Shown: one piece after another, positions 38,404 through 50,236 of the stretch
How the letters are laid out: each line of letters starts with the position of its first letter
Numbering within the stretch: position 1 is the first letter of the stretch
NCBI RefSeq assembly: GCF_054482595.1
Contig: NZ_CM137008.1
Strand: one strand, 5' to 3'
Length of the DNA stretch: 64,000 bases
The notes under the pieces: model-generated
Database searches by the model: none
Told to the model about the DNA's origin: nothing
What the model saw: the letters and a program-made list of their open reading frames with translations, nothing else
Position numbers and translations under genes: made by a program

Positions 38404-38676
38404 TTATGAAGCATCATTTTTACTGACTGGTGTTAATTTTGCTATCATATAAACTCTGTTCTTAAAAAACGCGCCCAGAATTTTATATGATTTCCCTTGT
38501 TTTTCTGCCTGTAAAGAAATTTCTTTTTCAGTGCTGTCAATGGTTGAACCGACGGCAGTAATCGTTTTGGCGACGCTACTGAATGATAATAAAGACAGTG
38601 TAACAACAACAATTAAAGAACAGATAGTATTCACGCTAATTCTCCTGACAATTGAGAGGATGAGTTTTATATACAT
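38404..38676 (-). CDS. Small secreted DUF1471 (BhsA/YdgH-like) protein
   Basis: 90-aa ORF; hydrophobic signal segment then motif TIDSTEKEISLQAEKQGKSYKI typical of the family; compare rclB. Confidence 0.55.
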   Translation of the reverse strand: MYIKLILSIVRRISVNTICSLIVVVTLSLLSFSSVAKTITAVGSTIDSTEKEISLQAEKQGKSYKILGAFFKNRVYMIAKLTPVSKNDAS

Positions 38677-38846
38677 AGGTATTAAACATGAGTCATATTT
38701 ACCCCAAGAGAAAATACTCCTTCTGTAATTAAACCTTCATCTCCTTCGGGGTGAGCAATACATAATACATCTTGCTATGAAAACACAGGGATATATAAAT
38801 CTTCCTTCTGACCTATTTAATAAAACGTGAATGTAAAAATTATTCT

Positions 38847-39088
38847 TCAGTTTGCAGATGCAGTGGGTCTGATGGTAATTTCGGTTGTATCAACGCTTTC
38901 GGGAGATTCAATAATATGCCTTACAGCACGGGCAATATCCGCGGGTTGAAGTGCAACAGAACGGTAGGCGTCCATTGCCTTCATGGTTTCCACATGGGTA
39001 ATGGTTGAAGCCAGTTCACTTTCGACAACGCCAGGATTTACGCAGGTCACACGGATTTTCGAGCTTTCTTGCCGTAAGCCATCAGAAA
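38847..39088 (-). pseudogene. 3' fragment of a short-chain dehydrogenase/reductase gene
   Basis: Frame encodes only an SDR-like C-terminal tail (NPGVVESELA...TEITIRPTASAN); the N-terminal Rossmann part is absent and its position is occupied by the next fragment. Confidence 0.45.
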
Positions 39089-39091
39089 TAG

Positions 39092-39526
39092 CCCGTACTG
39101 CAAATCAGGCAGCGTGAAATGGTCGTTGCCTCTCCCTCCTATCTCGCAGCCAACAGCACACCTGTTCATCCGCGTGAACTTGTGAATCATAAGTGTATCG
39201 GCTGGCGTCAATCCCCGGATGTTGCGCCTTATCGCTGGCCATTTGAAGAAAACAGGAGAGCTTTCGACCTTGCGATTGAACCGCAGATTACGACTAATGA
39301 TCTGCGTCTGATGTTGAGGCTGGCTCTTGCCGGCGGAGGAATAACAATTGCCACTCAGGAAACTTTCAGGCCATATATTGAAAGCGGTAGGCTTGTATCT
39401 CTGCTTGATGACTTTCTTCCACAATTTCCGGGCTTCTATCTGTATTTCCCACAGCGTCGCAATATTGCACCAAAGCTCCGCGCCCTGATTGACCACGTCA
39501 AGGAATGGCGGCAGCAATTGGCTTAA
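39092..39526 (+). pseudogene. 3' fragment of a LysR-family regulator gene (effector domain only)
   Basis: Open frame from 39092; encodes MVVASPSYLA...FPGFYLYFPQRR (LysR C-terminal domain) with no HTH; abuts the SDR fragment head-to-head. Confidence 0.6.
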
Positions 39527-39652
39527 ATGTCTGCACCTGCATTGCCTGATGTCAGAACAGTATTTTGATTAATTGCCAGGGTTACAATGGCATAAATACG
39601 GCACAGGAGGAAACGTGGTGTATTTGAATATGGGGTAACTACTTGATTTAAA

Positions 39653-39728
39653 TGGTGCCGATAATAGGAGTCGAACCTACGACCTTCGCATTACGAATGC
39701 GCTGCTCTACCAACTGAGCTATATCGGC
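39653..39728 (-). tRNA. thrW: tRNA-Thr (anticodon CGT)
   Basis: Reverse complement GCCGATATAGCTCAGTTGGTAGAGCAGCGCATTCGTAATGCGAAGGTCGTAGGTTCGACTCCTATTATCGGCACCA; cloverleaf with CGT anticodon and CCA end. Confidence 0.9.
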
Positions 39729-39842
39729 CCTGAAAGGACATGTTCACGAACGTGAATCACGGTGGACAAGGTTAAAACTAACCGGGCGATGCGTCAATGG
39801 CCTTGTGAATCAAACGGCTACTTTTGCATCACCCGGTTTTAT

Positions 39843-41096
39843 TTACGCACGAATGGTGTAATCACCAATGCCGATCCACTTGTAAGTGGTCAGTGCTTCC
39901 AGCCCCATTGGGCCACGCGCGTGGAGTTTTTGTGTGCTTACCGCCACTTCCGCACCCAGTCCAAACTGGCCGCCGTCGGTAAAACGCGTAGAGGCGTTAA
40001 CGTAAACAGCGGACGAATCCACTTCGTTAACAAAACGCTGGGCGTTGCGCATATCGCGGGTCAGGATCGCATCGGAGTGTTGTGTGCCGTGTTCACGAAT
40101 ATGGGCGATGGCATCGTCAAGATCGCTGACGATTTTGACGTTCAAATCTAATGACAGAAACTCATCGTCATACTCTTCAGCTTTAACCGCCACCACCTTC
40201 GCAGGGCCTGCCTGCAACTGTGTCAGCGCAGCTGCATCTGCGTGTAATGTCACGCCGCTTTCCGCCATTTGTTTGCTTAATGCGGGCAGGAAGCTATCGG
40301 CGATGTTTTTATTCACCAGCAACGTTTCTACCGTATTACATGTGCTCGGACGCTGAGTTTTCGCGTTGACGATCACTTTTAATGCTTCAGCGATCTCTGC
40401 ACTTTCATCAACGTAAATATGGCATACGCCTATACCACCAGTGATCACCGGGATCGTCGACTGTTCACGGCACAGTTTATGCAAACCAGCGCCACCACGC
40501 GGGATCAGCATGTCGATGTATTTATCCATACGCAGCATTTCACTGACCAGCGCACGGTCAGGATTATCAATCGCCTGCACGGCACCCGCCGGTAAGCCAC
40601 AGGATTTCAGGGCGTCCTGAATCACCGCTACCGTTGCCGCGTTAGTGCGACAGGTTTCTTTGCCACCACGCAGGATCACCGCATTACCGGTTTTCAGGCA
40701 CAGCGAAGCGACATCAACCGTCACGTTCGGGCGCGCTTCATAAATCACGCCAATAACCCCCAGCGGTACGCGACGACGCTCAAGACGCAGGCCGCTGTCC
40801 AGTACGCCGCCATCGATTACCTGCCCCACCGGATCGGCGAGGTTACACACCTGGCGTACATCGTCGGCAATGCCTTTCAGCCGTGCGGGCGTCAGTGCCA
40901 GACGGTCAAGCATCGCTTCGCTAAGGCCATTGGCTCGCGCGTCAGCAACATCCTGGGCGTTAGCGTTGAGGATGATTTCGCTTTGTGCTTCCAGTTCATC
41001 GGCGATTTTTTCCAGCACGCGATTTTTTTCGCGGCTGGAGAGTTGCGCTAATTTATACGAGGCTTGCTTCGCGGCAATGCCCATTTGTTCCAGCAT
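39843..41096 (-). CDS. proA: Gamma-glutamyl phosphate reductase
   Basis: 417-aa ORF recognised as ProA. Confidence 0.9.
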   Translation of the reverse strand: MLEQMGIAAKQASYKLAQLSSREKNRVLEKIADELEAQSEIILNANAQDVADARANGLSEAMLDRLALTPARLKGIADDVRQVCNLADPVGQVIDGGVLDSGLRLERRRVPLGVIGVIYEARPNVTVDVASLCLKTGNAVILRGGKETCRTNAATVAVIQDALKSCGLPAGAVQAIDNPDRALVSEMLRMDKYIDMLIPRGGAGLHKLCREQSTIPVITGGIGVCHIYVDESAEIAEALKVIVNAKTQRPSTCNTVETLLVNKNIADSFLPALSKQMAESGVTLHADAAALTQLQAGPAKVVAVKAEEYDDEFLSLDLNVKIVSDLDDAIAHIREHGTQHSDAILTRDMRNAQRFVNEVDSSAVYVNASTRFTDGGQFGLGAEVAVSTQKLHARGPMGLEALTTYKWIGIGDYTIRA

Positions 41097-41107
41097 CAGC
41101 CTGCTCC

Positions 41108-42211
41108 TTAACGGGTAATCATGTCATCACGGTGAACGGCAACCGGGCCGTATTCATATCCCAGTATTGCATCAATTTCTTGCGAGTGGTGTCCGGCAAT
41201 ACGGCGTAATGCATCGCTGTTGTAACGACTGACACCGTGGGCGATATCGCGACCTTCGAGGTTGCAAATGCGGATGACTTCACCACGCGAGAAATTGCCA
41301 GTTACGCTCTTAATGCCTTTCGGCAACAGGGAGCTGCCGCGTTCAAGAATGGCGGCGGTTGCCCCTTCATCTACCGTGATTTCACCCGCAGGCGGCGCAC
41401 CGAAAATCCAGCGTTTACGGTTTTCTAATGGCGTTGCCTGGGCATGGAACAGCGTACCGACGGAAATGCCTTCCATCACATCACCAATAACGCCCGGCTT
41501 GCTGCCCGCGGCAATAATGGTGTCGATACCCGCACGGCAAGCCACGTCCGCGGCCTGCAATTTGGTACTCATGCCGCCAGTTCCGAGGCCTGAAACGCTG
41601 TCACCTGCAATCGCGCGTAGTGCGTCATCAATGCCGTAAACATCTTTAATCAGTTCTGCCTGCGGATTGCTGCGCGGGTCAGCGGTATACAAACCTTTTT
41701 GATCGGTCAGCAGCAACAGTTTATCGGCACCCGCCAGAATCGCCGCCAGCGCAGAAAGATTGTCGTTATCGCCGACCTTAATCTCTGCAGTAGCGACAGC
41801 ATCGTTCTCATTGATTACCGGAACGATATTGTTATCGAGCAACGCACGCAGGGTGTCGCGGGCGTTCAGGAAGCGTTCACGGTCTTCCATATCAGCACGG
41901 GTCAGCAGCATCTGCCCGACGTGAATGCCATAAATCGAAAACAGCTGTTCCCACAGTTGAATCAGTCGACTCTGCCCTACCGCCGCCAGCAGTTGTTTCG
42001 AGGCGATAGTCGCTGGCAGTTCCGGGTAACCCAGGTGCTCACGTCCGGCGGCGATCGCGCCCGACGTCACAATAACAATCCGATGCCCGGCGGCATGTAA
42101 CTGCGCGCACTGGCGAACAAGTTCAACGATATGGGCACGGTTCAGGCGGCGCGATCCGCCTGTTAGCACACTGGTGCCGAGTTTTACCACCAGCGTCTGG
42201 CTGTCACTCAT
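41108..42211 (-). CDS. proB: Glutamate 5-kinase
   Basis: ORF 41108..42298; start at [16 protein letters not shown] (367 aa). Confidence 0.9.
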
Positions 42212-42498
42212 GATTCTCTGCCATTCAATTTTAGGAAAAATGATATCAAACGAACGTTTTAGCAGGACTGTCGTCGGTTGCCAACCATCTGCGAGCAAAG
42301 CATGGCGTTTTGTTGCGCGGGATCAGCAAGCGTAGCGGCAGTTGTTTACGCTTTTATTACAGATTTAATAAATTACCACATTTTCAGAATATCATTAATC
42401 TGTAATATATCTTTAACAATCTCAGGTTAAAAACTTTCCTGTTTTCAACGGGACTCTCCCGCTGAATATTCGCGCGTTAATTAAAATCAGGAATGAAA

Positions 42499-43554
42499 AT
42501 GAAAAAGAGCACTCTGGCATTAGTGGTGATGGGCATTGTGGCATCTGCATCCGTACAGGCCGCAGAAATATATAACAAAGACGGTAATAAACTGGATGTC
42601 TATGGCAAAGTTAAAGCCATGCATTATATGAGTGATAACGACAGTAAAGATGGCGACCAGAGTTATATCCGTTTTGGTTTTAAAGGCGAAACACAAATTA
42701 ACGATCAACTGACTGGCTATGGCCGTTGGGAAGCGGAGTTTGCCGGAAATAAAGCGGAGAGTGATACTGCACAGCAAAAAACGCGTCTCGCTTTTGCCGG
42801 GTTGAAATATAAAGATTTGGGTTCTTTCGATTATGGTCGTAACCTGGGCGCGTTGTATGACGTGGAAGCCTGGACCGATATGTTCCCGGAATTTGGTGGC
42901 GACTCCTCGGCGCAGACCGACAACTTTATGACCAAACGCGCCAGCGGTCTGGCGACGTATCGGAACACCGACTTCTTCGGCGTTATCGATGGCCTGAACT
43001 TAACCCTGCAATATCAAGGGAAAAACGAAAACCGCGACGTTAAAAAGCAAAACGGCGATGGCTTCGGCACGTCATTGACATATGACTTTGGCGGCAGCGA
43101 TTTCGCCATTAGTGGGGCCTATACCAACTCAGATCGCACCAACGAGCAGAACCTGCAAAGCCGTGGCACAGGCAAGCGTGCAGAAGCATGGGCTACAGGT
43201 CTGAAATACGATGCCAATAATATTTATCTGGCAACTTTTTATTCTGAAACACGCAAAATGACGCCAATAACTGGCGGCTTTGCCAATAAGACACAGAACT
43301 TTGAAGCGGTCGCTCAATACCAGTTTGACTTTGGTCTGCGTCCATCGCTGGGTTATGTCTTATCGAAAGGGAAAGATATTGAAGGTATCGGTGATGAAGA
43401 TCTGGTCAATTATATCGATGTCGGGGCTACATATTATTTCAACAAAAATATGTCAGCGTTTGTTGATTATAAAATCAACCAACTGGATAGCGATAACAAA
43501 TTGAATATTAATAATGATGATATTGTCGCGGTTGGCATGACCTATCAGTTTTAA
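42499..43554 (+). CDS. phoE: Phosphate-starvation outer-membrane porin PhoE
   Basis: ORF 42493..43554; [21 protein letters not shown] signal; porin ending ...MTYQF. Confidence 0.9.
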   Translation: MKKSTLALVVMGIVASASVQAAEIYNKDGNKLDVYGKVKAMHYMSDNDSKDGDQSYIRFGFKGETQINDQLTGYGRWEAEFAGNKAESDTAQQKTRLAFAGLKYKDLGSFDYGRNLGALYDVEAWTDMFPEFGGDSSAQTDNFMTKRASGLATYRNTDFFGVIDGLNLTLQYQGKNENRDVKKQNGDGFGTSLTYDFGGSDFAISGAYTNSDRTNEQNLQSRGTGKRAEAWATGLKYDANNIYLATFYSETRKMTPITGGFANKTQNFEAVAQYQFDFGLRPSLGYVLSKGKDIEGIGDEDLVNYIDVGATYYFNKNMSAFVDYKINQLDSDNKLNINNDDIVAVGMTYQF

Positions 43555-43562
43555 TGATTATT

Positions 43563-43583
43563 GCCGGATGTGATGCATCCGGC
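43563..43583. terminator. Hairpin terminator between phoE and crl
   Basis: gccggatgtgatgcatccggc. Confidence 0.5.
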
Positions 43584-43592
43584 ACATTTCAC

Positions 43593-44051
<459 letters not shown>

Positions 44052-45296
44052 TTAACACAAACGTTTTTCGATCCATTCTGTGATTTCCTGAAGACCTTTG
44101 TCAAAATTCCGATACACCGGGTTAAATGGGATCTCTAATAATTTACCGTCAGCAGATGATGAGGTGATTAAGCGTGAGTCCTCTTCCGGGCTGAACGGAT
44201 CGTTCTTCCAGTAGCCTGATAACATTGGCGTTGGGCAGCGACGTCCCAGCAATCCTTGCACTTTTAATGAATAGCGATTCAGCTCCACGCGCAACGCTTC
44301 GTCGGAAGCATCATGCATCCCCAAACGACTGGCCAGAACGTCAAGATACATTTCCGGCACCTGTTGCTGGCACTTAAAATCACTCAACAGGGTATGAACT
44401 ACCGGACCAAGACAGGCAACCGCTTTCAGACGCGGCGATTCAAGGTATGCCAGACGCACGGCAACGTTAGCGCCGAAACGGAAACCAAAGGCCGCGACGC
44501 GAGTGTGATCCACCCACGGTACGTTAGGCAGTGCCTTTAAGACGTGCTGATGCAACAGGCTGGAGTCCTGGGTGAGCTTCCATTTTGAAGAAAAGCCCAC
44601 CGACGGCATATCAATAGTCAGCATCGCAATGCCGCGCGGCGCAAAATAACGTTCATACAGGCTGTAATAGTCCGTCTGCATCGCATCCAGACCACCACAC
44701 ATTAATACCGTCGGGAACGGGCCATCGCCTTTCGGCATATGCAAAAAGCCGGTGATGGGCGCACCGCCAGGTACGGTAAACTCCATCTGCCGCATCGTGC
44801 CCGGTAGACGCTGAGCGGCCTCTTCATAGGCGCGGTTTGACAAAGCCTGCGCTTGCTCGGCCAGGTCATCTCCTTTCAGATGAGGATAGGCGGCAATGTT
44901 GTACAACGTAGCCGCATGCAGCCAGTGACGACCACTGAGTTGCGGATCTTCTTCCGCACAGGCTTTTTGTTGCCACACCATCGCCTGGGTGGCCCACTCA
45001 TAAATCCAGTTGCCGCCACGGTAGCCAATCACCGTATCGTATAAATCATCGTCGGTACGTTCGGCATCGCTCATCACAATACGTGCCTGGACGTCGAGGA
45101 TTTCGCGTGGGTCAATGCCGCGCCAGATCCACATCAGACGGTTAATCATGCGATACCAGTGAGGGATGGTTTTACCATCAAGGGCCGACTGCACAGGCGG
45201 TTGTGCGCCGTGATTAAAGCGGCGGACTAGCGTCGAGGTTTCAGGATGTTTAAAGCGGGGTTTGAACAGGGTTTCGCTCAGGTTTGCCTGTGTCAT
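44052..45296 (-). CDS. frsA: Fermentation/respiration switch esterase FrsA
   Basis: 414-aa ORF; alpha/beta hydrolase. Confidence 0.9.
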   Translation of the reverse strand: MTQANLSETLFKPRFKHPETSTLVRRFNHGAQPPVQSALDGKTIPHWYRMINRLMWIWRGIDPREILDVQARIVMSDAERTDDDLYDTVIGYRGGNWIYEWATQAMVWQQKACAEEDPQLSGRHWLHAATLYNIAAYPHLKGDDLAEQAQALSNRAYEEAAQRLPGTMRQMEFTVPGGAPITGFLHMPKGDGPFPTVLMCGGLDAMQTDYYSLYERYFAPRGIAMLTIDMPSVGFSSKWKLTQDSSLLHQHVLKALPNVPWVDHTRVAAFGFRFGANVAVRLAYLESPRLKAVACLGPVVHTLLSDFKCQQQVPEMYLDVLASRLGMHDASDEALRVELNRYSLKVQGLLGRRCPTPMLSGYWKNDPFSPEEDSRLITSSSADGKLLEIPFNPVYRNFDKGLQEITEWIEKRLC

Positions 45297-45387
45297 GGAT
45301 GCAGCCTCCAGAATACTTACTGGAAACTATTGTAACCTGCCTGAAGTTAAAAAGAACAACGCCCGGCAGTGCCAGGCGTTGAAAAGA

Positions 45388-45846
45388 TTAGCGACCGGAG
45401 ATTGGCGGGACGAATACGACGCCCATATCCCACGGCTGTTCGATCCAGGTATCTTGCGGGATATCAACAACATAATCATCAACCAGCGGACGACCAGCCG
45501 GTTTTGCAAAGATGGTGACAAAGTGCGCTTTTGGATACATTTCACGAATCGCAACCGCAGTACCACCGGTATCCACCAGGTCATCAATAACGATGAAGCC
45601 TTCGCCATCGCCTTCTGCGCGTTTCAGCACTTTAAGCTCGCGCTGGTTGTCGTGATCGTAGCTGGAAATACAAACGGTATCGACATGACGAATACCCAGT
45701 TCACGCGCCAGTAACGCACCCGGTACCAGACCGCCACGGCTTACGGCAATAATGCCTTTCCATTGTTCAGAAGGCATCAGTCGGCTTGCGAGTTTACGTG
45801 CATGGATCTGCAACATGTCCCAGGTGACGATGTATTTTTCGCTCAT
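45388..45846 (-). CDS. gpt: Xanthine-guanine phosphoribosyltransferase
   Basis: 152-aa [26 protein letters not shown]... Confidence 0.9.
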
Positions 45847-46106
45847 GTGAAGTGTCCCAGCCTGTTTATCTACGGCTTAAAAAGTGTTCGAGGGGAAAAT
45901 AGGTTGCGCGAGATTATAGAGATCTGGCGCACTAAAAACCAGTATTTCACATGAGTCCGCGTCTTTTTACGCACTGCCTCTCCCTGACGCGGGATAAAGT
46001 GGTATTCTCAAACATATCTCGCAAGCCTGTCTTGTGTTGACAACATTTTCTGCTAACCCTGTGACCTGCAATACTGTTTTGCGGGTGATCGACAAGGAGA
46101 CTTAAC

Positions 46107-47564
46107 GTGTCTGAACTGTCTCAATTATCTCCACAGCCGCTGTGGGATATTTTTGCCAAAATCTGTTCTATTCCTCACCCGTCCTATCATGAAGAGCAAC
46201 TCGCTGAATACATTGTTGGTTGGGCAAAAGAGAAAGGTTTCCATGTCGAACGCGATCAGGTAGGTAATATCCTGATTCGTAAACCTGCTACCGCAGGTAT
46301 GGAAAATCGTAAACCGGTCGTCTTACAGGCCCACCTCGATATGGTGCCGCAGAAAAATAACGACACCGTGCATGACTTCACGAAAGATCCTATCCAGCCT
46401 TATATTGATGGCGAATGGGTTAAAGCGCGCGGCACCACGCTGGGTGCGGATAACGGCATTGGTATGGCGTCTGCGCTGGCGGTTCTGGCTGACGAAAACG
46501 TGGTTCACGGTCCGCTGGAAGTGCTGCTGACCATGACCGAAGAAGCCGGTATGGACGGTGCGTTCGGCTTACAGAGCAACTGGTTGCAGGCTGATATTCT
46601 GATTAACACCGACTCCGAAGAAGAAGGTGAAATCTACATGGGTTGTGCGGGGGGTATCGACTTCACCTCCAACCTGCATTTAGATCGTGAAGCGGTTCCA
46701 GCTGGTTTTGAAACCTTCAAGTTAACCTTAAAAGGTCTGAAAGGCGGTCACTCCGGCGGTGAAATCCACGTTGGCCTGGGTAATGCCAACAAACTGCTGG
46801 TGCGCTTCCTGGCGGGTCATGCAGAAGAACTGGATCTGCGTCTTATTGATTTCAACGGCGGCACACTGCGTAACGCCATCCCGCGTGAAGCCTTTGCGAC
46901 CATTGCTGTCGCAGCTGATAAAGTCGACGCCCTGAAATCTCTGGTGAATACCTATCAGGAGATCCTGAAAAACGAGCTGGCAGAGAAAGAGAAAAATCTG
47001 GCCTTGTTGCTGGACTCTGTAGCGAACGATAAAGCTGCCCTGATTGCGAAATCTCGCGATACCTTTATTCGTCTGCTGAACGCCACCCCGAACGGTGTTA
47101 TCCGCAATTCCGACGTGGCAAAAGGTGTGGTCGAAACCTCCCTGAACGTCGGTGTGGTGACCATGACTGACAATAATGTAGAAATTCACTGCCTGATCCG
47201 TTCTCTGATCGACAGCGGTAAAGACTACGTGGTGAGCATGCTGGATTCGCTGGGTAAACTGGCTGGCGCGAAAACCGAAGCGAAAGGCGCATATCCTGGC
47301 TGGCAGCCGGACGCTAACTCTCCGGTGATGCATCTGGTACGTGAAACCTATCAGCGTCTGTTCAACAAGACGCCGAACATCCAGATTATCCACGCGGGCC
47401 TGGAATGTGGTCTGTTCAAAAAACCGTATCCGGAAATGGACATGGTTTCTATCGGGCCAACAATCACCGGTCCACACTCTCCGGATGAGCAAGTTCACAT
47501 CGAAAGCGTAGGTCATTACTGGACACTGCTGACTGAACTGCTGAAAGAAATTCCAGCGAAGTAA
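46107..47564 (+). CDS. pepD: Cytosol non-specific dipeptidase (aminoacyl-histidine dipeptidase)
   Basis: 485-aa ORF; M20 peptidase. Confidence 0.9.
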   Translation: MSELSQLSPQPLWDIFAKICSIPHPSYHEEQLAEYIVGWAKEKGFHVERDQVGNILIRKPATAGMENRKPVVLQAHLDMVPQKNNDTVHDFTKDPIQPYIDGEWVKARGTTLGADNGIGMASALAVLADENVVHGPLEVLLTMTEEAGMDGAFGLQSNWLQADILINTDSEEEGEIYMGCAGGIDFTSNLHLDREAVPAGFETFKLTLKGLKGGHSGGEIHVGLGNANKLLVRFLAGHAEELDLRLIDFNGGTLRNAIPREAFATIAVAADKVDALKSLVNTYQEILKNELAEKEKNLALLLDSVANDKAALIAKSRDTFIRLLNATPNGVIRNSDVAKGVVETSLNVGVVTMTDNNVEIHCLIRSLIDSGKDYVVSMLDSLGKLAGAKTEAKGAYPGWQPDANSPVMHLVRETYQRLFNKTPNIQIIHAGLECGLFKKPYPEMDMVSIGPTITGPHSPDEQVHIESVGHYWTLLTELLKEIPAK

Positions 47565-47576
47565 TTATTTGATTTG

Positions 47577-47608
47577 CTGCCGGATGGCGTTTAATCGCCT
47601 TCCGGCAG
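47577..47608. terminator. Bidirectional hairpin terminator (pepD / prfH)
   Basis: ctgccggatggcg...cgccttccggcag. Confidence 0.55.
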
Positions 47609-47620
47609 TTTCATCCTTCA

Positions 47621-48356
47621 TTATCCTTCGATAAAAGCCATCCCTGTAAACGTTCGTCGCGGGTTGCCACGTTCAATCTGGTGATGGAACATTCGCCGCT
47701 GCGATTTCAGCACTGCGCTATTTTCCTGTTGCTGTTGCTCCAGCTTCCAGGCAATCAGCAATCGTGCCAGCCGCTTGTTGGCATGCTGGCTGCGCTCTGA
47801 CTGAACCTTCACGCTAATCCAGGTAGCCAGATGCGTGGCGCGCGCCGCCGAATCGGTTTTATTGACATGTTGACCGCCCGGCCCCGACGAACGCAGCGTC
47901 TCATAACGGACCGCGTCGGATTGTTCCTGCTCATCAGCAGTAAAACGCCCAATGCCCAGAAACCAGTTTTTACGCCCATGATGTGGGCGATACGGACTCC
48001 GACAAATCCACTGAATAGTGCCATACCAGCTTTCGCTTAATGCCCATGCGTTGTCGCCATTCAGAGAAACCAGCGCTGAACGCAGGGTGTCAGAGTAACG
48101 ACCTGTTTCTGTTTCCAGCACTGTTACCGCGACGTCTTGTCGGGTAAAAACGACCAACAGAGAAGAACGCTGCGCCAATCGGGTAGCCGCGTCCGGGGTG
48201 TAAATCTGGCATCCCCACTACGCGCTGCATGTTGGGTAAATTTGCCGTGGTGTGTAATTGTTGGATCGCTAAACTCTCGATCCACAGGTCATCAGATGCG
48301 ATGGTAAATACCGCATCGGATAAGGGACGAATATATTTGCCCATGTACCATTCCAT
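47621..48356 (-). pseudogene. prfH: Decayed rtcB-prfH module: RtcB-like N-terminal fragment in one frame fused to a release-factor-H body with a divergent N-terminus
   Basis: 47621..48178 encodes a class-I release-factor fold with GGQ ([15 protein letters not shown]) but an unusual N-terminus; 48090..48356 encodes a short RtcB-like N-terminal stretch ([17 protein letters not shown]) in another frame. Confidence 0.6.
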
Positions 48357-48646
48357 TTATACTCGTCATACTTCAAGTTGCATGTACTGCGACTACGTTC
48401 GTTCACCCCAGTCACTTACTTTAGTAAGCTCCTGGCGATTCACTCGCTTGTCACCTTCCTGCAACTCGAATTATTTAGAGTATATAAATATTAAAAATCA
48501 GGAAATGGCAGACGAATCCAGGGCAAGAAAAAAAGAATTAATCCTGGAAAGGTCTGCAAAGAGTCATTGATAAAGGATTTGTCATGATTTACCTCCTTGC
48601 AGTTTGTGGAATAAGAAAACGCGCACATACCAGGCGGGCGTTATTT

Positions 48647-49114
48647 TCATTGCAAGCTGGATTTAATGTTGCGGTTTATATCGCATAGAAAAATTAGTAA
48701 ACCACGCTCCCCGGCATTCAACGCGCTGCTGCTTAACTGTCTGAAAACCATAACGTTCAAAAAAGGGTTTGCGGTTATGCTTGCGTCCACCGTAAGTTCG
48801 GATTCAGACTTAATCAAAGGTTTTAACAAAGCGCTGGCAACCCCACGGCGGGTGTATTCAGGGTCAACAAATAACATATCGATATAATGTTCAATGCGGG
48901 AAATAAAACCAACCGGTTGTGCATTAATGACTGCAACCCGCACTTGTGATTTCGCGAGTTTCTCCTTCCAGCGAGATTCGTCAATCTGCGCCCAGGCGGC
49001 AATTTGTTGTGGTGAATAATGCTGACTTGCGGTCATCATAACCGCTCTAATGAAAATAGCGCATAGTTGCTGAAAATCGCCAGGCTGATAGTTTCTTATT
49101 TGTATGTTATTCAT
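48647..49114 (-). CDS. yafP: GNAT-family acetyltransferase YafP
   Basis: 155-aa ORF; start overlaps the dinB stop. Confidence 0.8.
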   Translation of the reverse strand: MNNIQIRNYQPGDFQQLCAIFIRAVMMTASQHYSPQQIAAWAQIDESRWKEKLAKSQVRVAVINAQPVGFISRIEHYIDMLFVDPEYTRRGVASALLKPLIKSESELTVDASITANPFLNVMVFRQLSSSALNAGERGLLIFLCDINRNIKSSLQ

Positions 49115-50166
49115 AATCCCAGCACCAGTTGTCTTTCCATTTGCGGGTCAAGCAACGTCACATGCAGCCCCACCAGACGCACACCTCGCCCGCCGCGGCG
49201 TTCATCCCAGGTTTTACGCGCGGTGGCGATTAAGTCAGCTTTATTCAGCCTCGGCCAGACGTGCTCCTGGGTGGTTTGCTGAAAATCGTCGAACTTTAAT
49301 TTCACCCCCTGGCGAGCAATCAGTAAATCAGGTTTTACCTTTGCCAGACGGCGTTCAAGTTCCGGATACAGCCGCTCGATAATCGCCTCACATTCAGACC
49401 AGTGATGAATATCTTCCGCCATCGTGCGTTCCACGCCGACGGATTTTCGCAACCGTTCGCTGTTAACATCGCGTTCGTCAATCCCCTGACTACGCTCCCA
49501 CAAAATGCGGCCAAATTTGCCAAAGCGTTTAAGCAGTATCACCAGATCACACTTTTGTACATCACCGCAGGTCCGCAGCCCCATCGCTTCCAGTTTTGCC
49601 GCCGAGACTTTGCCGACGCCGGGGATTTTTGCCAGTGATAAGGTTTGTAAAAATGCCGGAACTTCTGCCGGCGTAATCACAAACTGGCCGTTGGGTTTAT
49701 TCATGTCGGAGGCGATTTTGGCGAGAAACTTTACTGGTGCCACGCCCGCAGATGCCGTCAGTTGCAGCTCGTTGAAAATCGTCTGGCGGATTTCCTGGGC
49801 GATGAGGGTCGCAGAACCGTGGCAATGGACGCTGTCGGTGACATCGAGATAGGCTTCATCCAGTGACAACGGTTCAATGCGCGAGGTGTAGCGCGAGAAG
49901 ATTTCACGGATATGATTTGAGGCTTCTTTGTAGGCGTCAAAGCGCCCCGGAAGCAAGGTGAGATGTGGGCATAATTTGAGCGCCATCCCTGTCGGCATAG
50001 CGCTACGTACGCCAAATTTACGCGCGGGATAATTGGCGGTGCTGATCACCCCTCGACGTTCGCGGCTGCCGCCAATAGCAATAGGGATATCGCGCAGGGC
50101 GGGATTGTCGCGCATCTCCACCGCTGCGAAAAAGCAGTCCATATCCACATGAATGATTTTACGCAT
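49111..50166 (-). CDS. dinB: DNA polymerase IV
   Basis: 351-aa [36 protein letters not shown]... Confidence 0.95.
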   Translation of the reverse strand: MRKIIHVDMDCFFAAVEMRDNPALRDIPIAIGGSRERRGVISTANYPARKFGVRSAMPTGMALKLCPHLTLLPGRFDAYKEASNHIREIFSRYTSRIEPLSLDEAYLDVTDSVHCHGSATLIAQEIRQTIFNELQLTASAGVAPVKFLAKIASDMNKPNGQFVITPAEVPAFLQTLSLAKIPGVGKVSAAKLEAMGLRTCGDVQKCDLVILLKRFGKFGRILWERSQGIDERDVNSERLRKSVGVERTMAEDIHHWSECEAIIERLYPELERRLAKVKPDLLIARQGVKLKFDDFQQTTQEHVWPRLNKADLIATARKTWDERRGGRGVRLVGLHVTLLDPQMERQLVLGL

Positions 50167-50182
50167 TGCTCACCTCTCAACA

Positions 50183-50198
50183 CTGGTAAAGTATACAG
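50183..50198. promoter_or_regulatory. LexA (SOS) box upstream of dinB
   Basis: CTGGTAAAGTATACAG (CTG-N10-CAG palindrome) 17-32 bp upstream of the dinB start. Confidence 0.75.
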
Positions 50199-50236
50199 TG
50201 ATTTCAGGGTTTGAGAAATGCGTAAAGATTCAGCAT

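Noticed and set aside
39047-39517. 156-aa minus-strand ORF near thrW
   Set aside because: Antisense to the LysR effector-domain fragment, which has the recognisable motif (FPGFYLYFP).
34037-39652. Intact prophage at thrW
   Set aside because: No integrase, capsid, tail or terminase genes and no attachment-site duplication; only a small metabolic island remnant.
46728-47516. 262-aa minus-strand ORF overlapping pepD
   Set aside because: Antisense to pepD; composition typical of an out-of-frame artefact.
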